From positions 512,001 to 576,000 of the forward strand of contig CAWHAA010000005.1 of NCBI GenBank assembly GCA_963827275.1: 64,000 bases of DNA, given 5' to 3'. Source of the DNA: an uncultured Spirochaetota bacterium. Its GTDB lineage: Bacteria > Spirochaetota > UBA4802 > UBA5550. Under the pieces are notes generated by a model. It ran no database searches, was not told the DNA's origin, and was given only the letters and a program-made list of their open reading frames with translations. Shown piece by piece: positions 51,943 to 60,796 of this stretch (within the stretch, counting starts at the first letter, position 1; the number at the start of each line of letters is the position of its first letter). The position numbers were made by a program, and so were the translations under genes.

Positions 51943-52854
51943 ATGAAAGGACACGTAACGCCCGGAACGCTGGTCAAGCTCCTCCAGGACGATGTAACGG
52001 CCCGGAAGGCGCTCATGGTGCGCGAGCATATTGACGGGTGTCCTTCATGCGCCGCTATGTTCCAGGCCCTCAGTCAGATAACCGCCCCTTCGCCCGGCAG
52101 GACGATCAGGCCCGACCGCCGGGTGCTCGGGAAAATACTTTCCTTTCATGCCTCATATGTTCCCCCTGCGACCATTACGGTCCCCGGGCCCCGGGTACGC
52201 CGCCTGCGTTTTTCCGCCGCCGCGGCATGCGCGGCGCTCGCCGTCATATTCATCTTCGGCGTGTATTCCCGCATGCAATTTGAGCACGCGCCGATCCAGG
52301 CCGCGAAGGTGAAGGGCATTGTAAAGGCGGACAGGTACACGCTGCGGAAAGGCCAGCACCTGTCCCCCGGCACGCTCATCACCACCGGAGAGGACTCGAA
52401 ACTCGCGATTTTCTACGGGACAATCATGAAGCTCGTTGCCGGGCCGCACACGAGCATATCGGTCACGAAATCGCACATAGACCGTAAAACCGGCAAGATC
52501 CATTTCGAGATGGTGATCGACAAGGGTACCATTATCGCGGTATTCGACAGCGGCCGGAAGCTCCAGTACACCCTGATCACGCCGCACGGCAAGGTCTCTT
52601 CGACAGGGTCAAAAATCGCAATGAAAGTAAACCCGACAAAGACCCGGGTCGCGGTGAAGGACGGCGCGGCGAATATCTCCTCCACTCACGGCTACTCCGT
52701 CAACACGGAGGAAGGGAGCGGCTATTCCATCATCAACAATGAAATGACCTCGGCGTTCGATGCCCCTGATAATGACGACACCGACGGCGACACCCTTTAC
52801 AACAACACCCTCCAGGACCTGGCGGACGATGACGACGAGACCGTCGTAGAATAA
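51943..52854 (+). CDS. Anti-sigma factor (HxxxCxxC zinc finger, TM, FecR-like domain)
   Basis: HIDGCPSC, single TM, ITTGEDS and TPHG..S..GS FecR-like pattern; follows the ECF sigma gene. Confidence 0.8.
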   Translation: MKGHVTPGTLVKLLQDDVTARKALMVREHIDGCPSCAAMFQALSQITAPSPGRTIRPDRRVLGKILSFHASYVPPATITVPGPRVRRLRFSAAAACAALAVIFIFGVYSRMQFEHAPIQAAKVKGIVKADRYTLRKGQHLSPGTLITTGEDSKLAIFYGTIMKLVAGPHTSISVTKSHIDRKTGKIHFEMVIDKGTIIAVFDSGRKLQYTLITPHGKVSSTGSKIAMKVNPTKTRVAVKDGAANISSTHGYSVNTEEGSGYSIINNEMTSAFDAPDNDDTDGDTLYNNTLQDLADDDDETVVE

Positions 52855-52954
52855 CGCCCCGCTGCCACGGCCTGTATCTGAAAAATAATCGTCCCTCCTT
52901 CATACTGGCCCGAATTATGCGTCAGAAAAATTTTTTTATTTTTTCCCAAAAGTA

Positions 52955-52983
52955 TTGATTATTCGCCCTGCCGTTATTATATT
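52955..52983 (+). promoter_or_regulatory. Sigma70-type promoter for the candidate ncRNA
   Basis: TTGATT-17 bp-TATATT with an A/T-tract upstream. Confidence 0.6.
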
Positions 52984-52989
52984 ATGTCC

Positions 52990-53148
52990 AGAAGGAATTC
53001 AGCCTGTCACTGTAAGACATAGCACAAGAATTTAAGTGCGGTCTTTAGCTTGTTAAAAGCGGATGTGATAAAAGCTGAAGAATATGTTTTAAGGTACATC
53101 TATGAGTAACGGTTTTTAGGAAGCCACCCGGTAAAAGGGGTGGCTTCC
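52990..53148 (+). ncRNA. Candidate structured ncRNA (unassigned; 6S-like rod possible)
   Basis: No ORF; nested complementary segments; closing 11-bp hairpin at 53119-53148. Confidence 0.45.
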
Positions 53149-53204
53149 GCTATTAATGGCCTTTTCCCGTCCGCCGCGGTTTACAACCCATCGCATCAAA
53201 TTTC

Positions 53205-53233
53205 TTGACTAAAATCATTGAACCGTGTACAAT
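53205..53233 (+). promoter_or_regulatory. Sigma70-type promoter for the tandem paralogs
   Basis: TTGACT-17 bp-TACAAT. Confidence 0.7.
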
Positions 53234-53288
53234 TGCAGCCACGTTATATACAAATAGCATACTATCACATGGGGGCGTGCAAATAATC

Positions 53289-54131
53289 ATGAATAATATT
53301 CTGAAACCGCTGGAAGACAACAAGAACCTTCAACCGGGGACCATCATCCGCCGTGTCAGCCCGAGCAAGGACCAGCAGGGCTCATTTCTCAAATTCGACA
53401 AGGACTTCAACATGATCCTTGTCAACATTATCGATATGATGACGGGGTATCTTCTCGCAAACGAAGGTGTCTTGAAGAAGCAGAAAGACGACAAGCTCTA
53501 TTACTATCCATCGACCTTCACGGACAGCCCCGCCTATTCAAAGGCGATGAAAATCATAACCGCGTGGCCGCTCTATGCCGGCAACCCCGTGCTGCAGGAC
53601 AAGATAATCAAGTTCATAAGCATATCCTACGCGCCCGAGCAGATCGTCGAGATGGAGAAGACGGACTCACTCAACCTGCTCTTCGTGCCGGTGCAGCAGA
53701 AATTCCGGCTCGGCAGGTTCCCCGAGCGGCGGAGCCGCGACCGCGTGTGCAATGACGTCTTCATGCTCTGGCTTGAGTCGCTCGCCGACGGCGAACACAT
53801 CTCCTACCTCGCGCACATCGTCATCGTAAAAGACCAGCCTTCCCTGTTCTACTCGGCCGGCGACAAGGCACACGAAAAGACCGCCGCCCAGCTCCGGCAG
53901 GAAATCTACGCGTTCGATCCGACCCACGGCGGCCATATCAGGGCCTCCGGCATGAAGGGCGGCAAGAAGCACTTCATCGTCGATGCAGGCTCGAACTACC
54001 TGGGGCTCGGCGCCAAGACGCCAAAAAGCCACAGCGACTTTGTGTCCAAGGCGCTGAAAAAGATATACCCCGACTTCGAATTTACGTCAGAAGAAGGCCA
54101 CGGCGCACTGGGGGAAAAGAAGAAGCGCTGA
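53289..54131 (+). CDS. Hypothetical protein, paralog A (280 aa)
   Basis: Collinear with 54200-55042 (PGTIIRRV...KDQQGSFL, PTHGGHI, VDAGSNYLG, KK.YP.FEFT). Confidence 0.85.
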   Translation: MNNILKPLEDNKNLQPGTIIRRVSPSKDQQGSFLKFDKDFNMILVNIIDMMTGYLLANEGVLKKQKDDKLYYYPSTFTDSPAYSKAMKIITAWPLYAGNPVLQDKIIKFISISYAPEQIVEMEKTDSLNLLFVPVQQKFRLGRFPERRSRDRVCNDVFMLWLESLADGEHISYLAHIVIVKDQPSLFYSAGDKAHEKTAAQLRQEIYAFDPTHGGHIRASGMKGGKKHFIVDAGSNYLGLGAKTPKSHSDFVSKALKKIYPDFEFTSEEGHGALGEKKKR

Positions 54132-54199
54132 TGCGCGGCCGGGCAGCCGCCACCCGGCCGCCGGCCCGCGTACCGCGCCACAGAAGGAGAGGCCGCATC

Positions 54200-55042
54200 A
54201 TGGACGATCTGCTGAAGCCGCTGACCAAAAAGACCAGGCCGGCCCCCGGGACCATCATCCGCCGTGTCGGAAGCGGCAAGGACCAGCAGGGGAGCTTTCT
54301 TGAATTTGACGATGATGGAAACTATATCCTCGTCAATATCATCGACATGACCCAGGGTTCCCTCGCGGCGCTCGAAGGCGTTCTCAAGCCGCAAAAAGAC
54401 GACAGGCTATATTATTACGAAACGGGCTTCACAACCAGTCCCGCGGCCGACAGGGCGCTCACGCTCGTGCGGGAGTGGCCCCTGTATAAAAAAAGCCCCC
54501 GCCTCCGGCAGCAGATCGAGAACTTCGTGACCATCACCTTCGTGCCCGAGCAGATCATCGAGTGGGCGAAGAAGGACATGCTGTCGTTCCTGTTCGTGCC
54601 CATACAGGAGCGCTTCCGCATCGGCCGGTTCACCGAGCGCCGCAACCCGGAGCGGGTATGCAACGAGACCTTCATGCTCTGGCTCCAGTCGCTTTCCGCC
54701 GGCAACCATATCACCTACCTGGCGCTGATACTGCAGCAGAAGCACCACGTCCCCCGGTTCTACTCCATCGGCACCAAGCCGCACGAGGAGACGGCGAAGC
54801 TCCTCATGGACGAGGCCTTCAATTTCGCGCCGACGCACGGAGGCCACATCAAGGCCGCCGGCTTCATTGACGGGAAAAAGCACTTCCTCGTGGACGCCGG
54901 CTCGAACTACCTGGGGCGGGGAGTGAAGACGCCGCTCCACGTGAGCGAAGCGGTGGCCGCAGGCCTGAAAAAGGTGTACCCGGAATTCGAGTTCACTCCC
55001 AAAGAGGGCCGGGGCGCCTTCGGCACGGAGCAGAGCTACTGA
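54200..55042 (+). CDS. Hypothetical protein, paralog B (280 aa)
   Basis: Same motifs as paralog A; AAGGAG RBS. Confidence 0.85.
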   Translation: MDDLLKPLTKKTRPAPGTIIRRVGSGKDQQGSFLEFDDDGNYILVNIIDMTQGSLAALEGVLKPQKDDRLYYYETGFTTSPAADRALTLVREWPLYKKSPRLRQQIENFVTITFVPEQIIEWAKKDMLSFLFVPIQERFRIGRFTERRNPERVCNETFMLWLQSLSAGNHITYLALILQQKHHVPRFYSIGTKPHEETAKLLMDEAFNFAPTHGGHIKAAGFIDGKKHFLVDAGSNYLGRGVKTPLHVSEAVAAGLKKVYPEFEFTPKEGRGAFGTEQSY

Positions 55043-55069
55043 GGCGGCAGGACCCCGGCGCGCCAGCAA

Positions 55070-55101
55070 AAAAGGGCGGCGGTTGATACCGTCGCCCTTT
55101 T
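55070..55101. terminator. Bidirectional intrinsic terminator
   Basis: AAAAGGGCGGCGGT-TGAT-ACCGTCGCCCTTTT between convergent genes. Confidence 0.85.
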
Positions 55102-55135
55102 GTCGTTTTGCTTATCCATCAATGATGCGTACGCA

Positions 55136-57962
55136 TCAATCGAACACGTCCGACCAGAGGTTCTTCAGCGCGCCGTTCGCGGCGTCGATCTGGAGCCAGG
55201 CGGCGGTATACGAGCTTCCCGAGCCTACGAGCTGCGGTACATCGACATCCCCCGCGCCGGTGGAGAGCACCGCGCCCTCCCACGCGCTCCCGTTGAAGGC
55301 GGACCCGTAGGCCATCTGCACGCCGTCGATGCCCCTCTGCCGCCACACAACGCCATACCCGGTCCCGTTGGAAGCGATCGAGTACTCGCCGCTGTTAACC
55401 GCGAGTATGGAGGCCTCAAGGCCCTCGGCGCCGAGCCATGATGAGGTGCCGCCGTCATACACATTGGCATACAGATCATAGGTGGAATAATCATTGACCG
55501 CGAAATACGCCACGGCATACCCGGTCCCGCTGGAAGCGACCCGCGGCTCGTATGAATCCGCGGCTTGCAGGTACTCGTCAAAATAGCTTACGGACAAGGC
55601 GTCGCCCCAGGTTGACCCGTCATAGATACGCGTCAGGACCTCGGAATTGGCCACGTATTCGTACCACGCGAGGCAGAAGCCGCCATTGCCGTCGCCCGCA
55701 ATCGCCGGGTTGTACGCGGTGCTTGGCTGATTCATGTCCTGCACCTCGATCCCGGACCACGATGAACCGTCGTGCACATTGACGTACACGTTTGACGACC
55801 TGGTAAACGCGACCGCGAACTGGTCGCCGCTCGCCGCCATCATGTACCTTTCCAGATTGTACATGTAGCCCGGATCAAGCTCCGCAGGGGACGACCATGC
55901 GCCAGCATAGACCACGCCCTGCGTGCGGGAATCCTGATTATAAATGACGCAATAGTTCGAGTCTCCGGCCAGGACGTTCACATTCTCCGGATTCCCGGTC
56001 CCGGTATCGATCCGGCCTGACGGCGTACCCCATCCGGACGAAGTGTGAAAATTCGAATGGAGGTAATTTGCCGAAACGCCATCATACTGGATCCATGCAA
56101 CGCAAAAGTCATTGGATGACGCGTTGCCCGCAACCCGGGGATTGGATGAAGAATGGTTGTCCACATCATTATCCAGAAGCGCCTCGCTGCCCCATGCGCC
56201 GCCGCCGTAGATCACACCCATGAGCTTGTTGCGATTCTTCGTCTGGTCATACGTGGTCCAGACCACGCACAGGGCAGTGCCGTTTGAGGCGGCGTCATAA
56301 CCGCTGACATAGGTGCCGATACACACCGGAGCGCCCCAGGTTGAGCCGCTTTTCACGCTGGCATAGAGCTTGTATTGGCCATAGTCGGCCTTGTCATACT
56401 GCTCCCACACGGCGATCGTCGCGGATCCCGCGCGATATACAATCGGTGAATTGTACGTATAGCACGCGCCATGCAGGTTTCCGCCCGCCACGTCAACCGC
56501 GCCGCCCCACGCGCCGCTGCGGAAGACATTCGCCATGAGACCGTTTCCCGCCTGCTGATAGTAGCTGTACGAGAACCCGAACCCCCCGGTAAAGGGATAG
56601 GCGTTCAGATAATTGTAGCCATGATACTCGGCGTCGATGAGTGCCATGGACGACCACGCCGCGCCGTCGTACACGCTCGACCCGATACGGCCCTCGCCTG
56701 ACACATATTCAGTCCAGTGGGCCAGATACCCTGTACTGTTTGCGCATATGTAGGGATAATATGAATGCTCGGTATTGAGCGGGTTCAGGAGCTCCGGCCC
56801 CTGCCAGGAGGCAGCATGCCGGTTAGCGTAGATCTTCGTCGATGTGCCGTCAGACTGCTGCCATACAGCACAGTAGCCGGTGCCGCTGGAAGCCACCCTG
56901 GGATACAAGGATTCATATGTCGCGTTGTCGATGGTTTCAGCGGTGCTCCAACCGAGAGTGTTAATATACGTTCTCGCGTAAATTGAATATTTTGAGCCGT
57001 CATACTCGTGCCAGACACAGCAGAGGGTCGTCCCGTTCGAGGCGATGCTCGGTAGCTGGGCCGTGCTGCCGCCGCTTAACAGGGACGCGCCCTCCCAGCC
57101 GGCATTGTATACGTTCGCGTAAACCTGGTGCGATGACACTTCGAACACGATGATATAGCGCGACGCGTTGCCGGCGACGCTGTAATTGTTCGGATATGCA
57201 GCCATTATCCACTGCCGTGCCCGTTGACCAGGACGATCCGGCATACACGCTGGAGAACAGCCGGTTTGGCGCGGCCTGCTCCTGCCAGGTCACGCAGTAG
57301 CCGCTGCCGTTCGATGCAATCTGGTAAGCACTTGGAGAATCACCGGTCGCGTCAAGCTGGGCCGGGTCGCTCCACGATGTTCCGGTAAAAACAGCCGCGT
57401 ACATGTTATAACGGTCGGTATCATACTGATACCATACCGCGCAATATCCGGAGCCGTTTGTGCCAACAATCGGGTCATTGCAGCCAGTGCCGTCCCCGGA
57501 TATTTTTACCACAGCCGCGAACGACCCACCGCTCCACTGCCTGGCGTACACTCTTCCGTTGTTGTTAAATATGACCAAAAACCCCGTACCGTTACTGGCC
57601 GCCCTGAAGCCATTGGCATATTCGATGAATTCCCGGGGCGCGGACCATGCCCCTGTCGCGGGATCATACAGGGCATACACCACATGATTCAGATAACCGG
57701 AATTGGAAGACCAGACCGCCAATCCATATCCCGCATTGTTGAACGCAACACTATACGAGGAATAAGAATTTCGGGCTTCAGTGATGCCATTGAGCACCAC
57801 CGCGGTGGCTGACACTTCGCCGCTACCGGGGACTCCGCTGCCGCCCCCTCCGCCGGGAAGAGGCAGATATGACGTTTTCGATTTTTGCTGGCATGAGACA
57901 ACAGCAAGAGACAGACAGACAACCAGTAATGCGGAAAAGCAGGATTTCGCGAATACTTTCAT
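55136..57962 (-). CDS. Large repeat lipoprotein (~941 aa, beta-propeller-like), frameshift near 57202
   Basis: Lipobox-like LAVVSC, Gly linker, many ~47-50 aa repeats (P.iA.NG.Gy..vW.Q....Y...y.g..W); the two ORFs join by removing one base (DN-AAYPNN). Confidence 0.82.
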
Positions 57963-58230
57963 TACAACACCCCATTTTATTTTTCTACGACATATGGAAG
58001 GGACGGCGTGAATGAAATCGAGACAGGACGAGGCCCACTGATTCCATAGCGCCGAGCCATCTGCCGCACGGTTTATTATGTCATATCAGACGTAATTTTG
58101 CAAACAAAATATATTGTAGAGAGCATGCCGCTGAATTTTTTAAAGGATGGGGTCTGTGTTGGATGTTATGCTGATTTCCGACACAAAATTTGATTCTGTC
58201 AGAAGAAAGCGGGGGTTGACGGTGTTGCGC

Positions 58231-58395
58231 ACCGATAACTATCGGGGTGATACCGTTACCCTGATCTGTGTGTTTACTCTGACCCCGTGTGATTACCGAT
58301 AACTATCTGTTAAAAGTTGCTCTGACACTTGGTTTGACCGATAACTATCGGCCAGCCGTTTACTCTGACCCCCGGGAATACCGATAACTATCGCC
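58231..58395 (-). repeat. Degenerate inverted-orientation array of the bipartite repeat (about 4 units)
   Basis: ACCGATAACTATC at 58231, 58295, 58337, 58380; TTTACTCTGACCCC at 58273 and 58359; GTTGCTCTGACAC near 58316. Confidence 0.9.
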
Positions 58396-58402
58396 ACCTA
58401 TC

Positions 58403-59731
58403 TCATTCCGGCGATCTCGGCAGCTCATCCGCAGTCTGGATTCCGGCGACAACCTCCGGAATGATCCCCATTTCCCGGTATATCGGCCGCACGATCTTCC
58501 TGAAAGAGGGGAGCCGCGCCGCAAACACGATGCCCGCCAGGACGCAGATGGCCCCGCCGATGCGCACCGTGTAGGGCGCCCCGATGGCGGAGGAGACGCT
58601 GCCCGCAAGGAGGCTCCCGAGCGGCGCGGTCCCCATGACCGCCATCACGTACAAGCTCATTACCCTGCCCCGCTTGTCCTCATCGACCAGGGTCTGCACC
58701 ATGGTGTTGCACGATGCCATGGCGGCGATCATGCCGAAGCCCACCACCACCAGTATCCCGATGGAAAGAAGCGCCAGGCGTGAGAAGGAAAACGCGAACA
58801 GTCCCGCGCCGAATATCACCAGCGCCGCGCTGATGACGCGCCCCAGGCCGAGCACGTTTTTCCGCATGGCCAGGAAGGCCACACCCGAAAGCGCGCCTGC
58901 CCCGGTCGCGGCGACCAGGAAGCCGTAGGTGTACGATCCGCCGCCGAGTATGCGGCCGGCGAAAATCGGCAGAAGCACCGGGAACGACATCGCGACGAGG
59001 CTGATGGTGGCGACGGTGAAGATCAGGTCGCGTATGGGACGGAAGCCGAAGGCATAGGCAAGCCCTTCCTTCAACTCGGAGAAGATCCCCGGTCCCGGCG
59101 TCCCGGGCCGCCGCGGCGTGATGTTCATCATCATGAGGGCGGCAAGCACCGCCAGATAACTCGCGCCGTTCAGCGCGAAGCAGACCCCCTCGCCTGCCAG
59201 GGCGACCACGACGCCGGCGATTGCCGGGCCGATCAGGCGCGAGCCGTTGAAGATGCCGGAGTTCAGCGCAATTGCGTTGCCGAGGTCGGCCCTGTTTCCG
59301 ATCAGCTGTATGACGAAAGCCTGGCGCGTGGGCATCTCGACGGCGTTGGCTATGCCGAGGATGGCCGCGAGTGCCGCTATATGCCATACCTGGATGGCGC
59401 CGCCCAGGGTCAGCCCGGCCAGCGTGAACGCCTGCGCCATCGCCAGCACCTGCACCGCGATAAGCATCCTTCTGCGCTCAAGCCGGTCCCCCAGGACGCC
59501 GGCGAAGGGCGAGATGATGAGGATGGGAAGCTGCCCGGCGAAGGCGACCAGGCCCAGGACGAGCTCGGACTGGGTCAGGCGAAACACGAGCCAGCTCACG
59601 GCGACCGACTGCATCCAGGTCCCTGAAAGGGAAAGGCCCTGGCCGATGAAAAAGAGGCGGAAGTTCCGATAGCGAAGGGCGCGGAAGGCGCGCATGGGGC
59701 CATGTTGTTTTTCCGGGGTGCCGGCGGGCAT
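58403..59731 (-). CDS. MFS transporter (MFS_3/DUF894-like)
   Basis: FRALRYRNFRLFF.GQ..S..GTWMQ, G.LGDRLERRR, RGRVMS. Confidence 0.92.
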   Translation of the reverse strand: MPAGTPEKQHGPMRAFRALRYRNFRLFFIGQGLSLSGTWMQSVAVSWLVFRLTQSELVLGLVAFAGQLPILIISPFAGVLGDRLERRRMLIAVQVLAMAQAFTLAGLTLGGAIQVWHIAALAAILGIANAVEMPTRQAFVIQLIGNRADLGNAIALNSGIFNGSRLIGPAIAGVVVALAGEGVCFALNGASYLAVLAALMMMNITPRRPGTPGPGIFSELKEGLAYAFGFRPIRDLIFTVATISLVAMSFPVLLPIFAGRILGGGSYTYGFLVAATGAGALSGVAFLAMRKNVLGLGRVISAALVIFGAGLFAFSFSRLALLSIGILVVVGFGMIAAMASCNTMVQTLVDEDKRGRVMSLYVMAVMGTAPLGSLLAGSVSSAIGAPYTVRIGGAICVLAGIVFAARLPSFRKIVRPIYREMGIIPEVVAGIQTADELPRSPE

Positions 59732-60004
59732 TGAATGTTCCCTCACTGTTCCATGATGCGGGTAGCTACCCGAACAATACAGAGACCACACCCGCCGGCA
59801 AGGTCAAGAGTTATTTATGGTGACGCCGCCCGGACCGACCGGTGTCACGCTATAGAAAAAAAATGATTCACAGACCGGAAAAAGCCGTATCCACCTTGAC
59901 GATCGCAGGCCGGGATGATAGGTATATCCTCGCACTATCGTACTGCGGATTGCGCTCTCATCGGCGCTTTTCAAAATAAGGGGACCGGGCAATCGGACAA
60001 CGAG

Positions 60005-60763
60005 ATGGCCGAGGCATACGACAACATATCAGCCCTTCAGTTCAGCATAAAGGCGAACTGGGCGCCGTTTTACATCAACGGCAAGCTGATTGCCGGGCGC
60101 ATCATCCCCCTGCACAGGATGGCCGAGCGCGTATTCAACTCCATCGACGACCGCGGGCAGCAGGCGCTCCAGGAATTTTATTTCAGCAGGTACGGGATCC
60201 ACTGCGAGCCGGAGGACCATCGCCTTGGCGCGGTCGATTTTTTAAAAAAGAACCATTTCGTTTCCCATGCAATGATCATAACGTACGGCACGACCCTGAT
60301 GCTGCTCGGCTACAACATATTCAATTACCGGTTTACCCTCACCAACCCCCGGTCCGGGATCTATATCGATTATTTCGTCTCGCTGCGGCTCAACTACCCG
60401 GGCGATGCGAGGATGCAGTACCTCGGCGGGTATGGCCCGGACGAGACATTTTACCGGGTCAGGGGAGTGGGCCGCGCAACCATCGCCCAGGCGTGCTGCT
60501 ACGCCATCGACATGCACCCGGACGCGAAGCCGGACGAGGTCGCGGTGGACCTCACTGCGCGTACGGACGAAAAGCTGATCAACGATTTTTACCTGAAGGA
60601 ATATGGCTTCGAATTACACAAGGGCAAGCGTGGAAAGGACCACGACATGTTCTTAACCTTCAGGAAGGCGAGGAAATTCTTCGCGGACTATGAAAAAGCC
60701 TACCGGCAGCTGGAACGGCCCGAAGGCAACGGGCTCACCTACAAGGACCCGTTCAAGTACTGA
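60005..60763 (+). CDS. Hypothetical protein with a possible C-terminal GNAT-like fold
   Basis: RVRGVGRATIAQA and V.LTA...LINDFY..EYGF patterns. Confidence 0.55.
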   Translation: MAEAYDNISALQFSIKANWAPFYINGKLIAGRIIPLHRMAERVFNSIDDRGQQALQEFYFSRYGIHCEPEDHRLGAVDFLKKNHFVSHAMIITYGTTLMLLGYNIFNYRFTLTNPRSGIYIDYFVSLRLNYPGDARMQYLGGYGPDETFYRVRGVGRATIAQACCYAIDMHPDAKPDEVAVDLTARTDEKLINDFYLKEYGFELHKGKRGKDHDMFLTFRKARKFFADYEKAYRQLERPEGNGLTYKDPFKY

Positions 60764-60796
60764 AATCCTGACGGCCATGCACCGTCAACGCCGGGA

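Noticed and set aside
52990..53148. ncRNA candidate as SRP RNA or tRNA
   Set aside because: Lacks the SRP helix-8 GGAA-loop motif and any cloverleaf or T-loop signature
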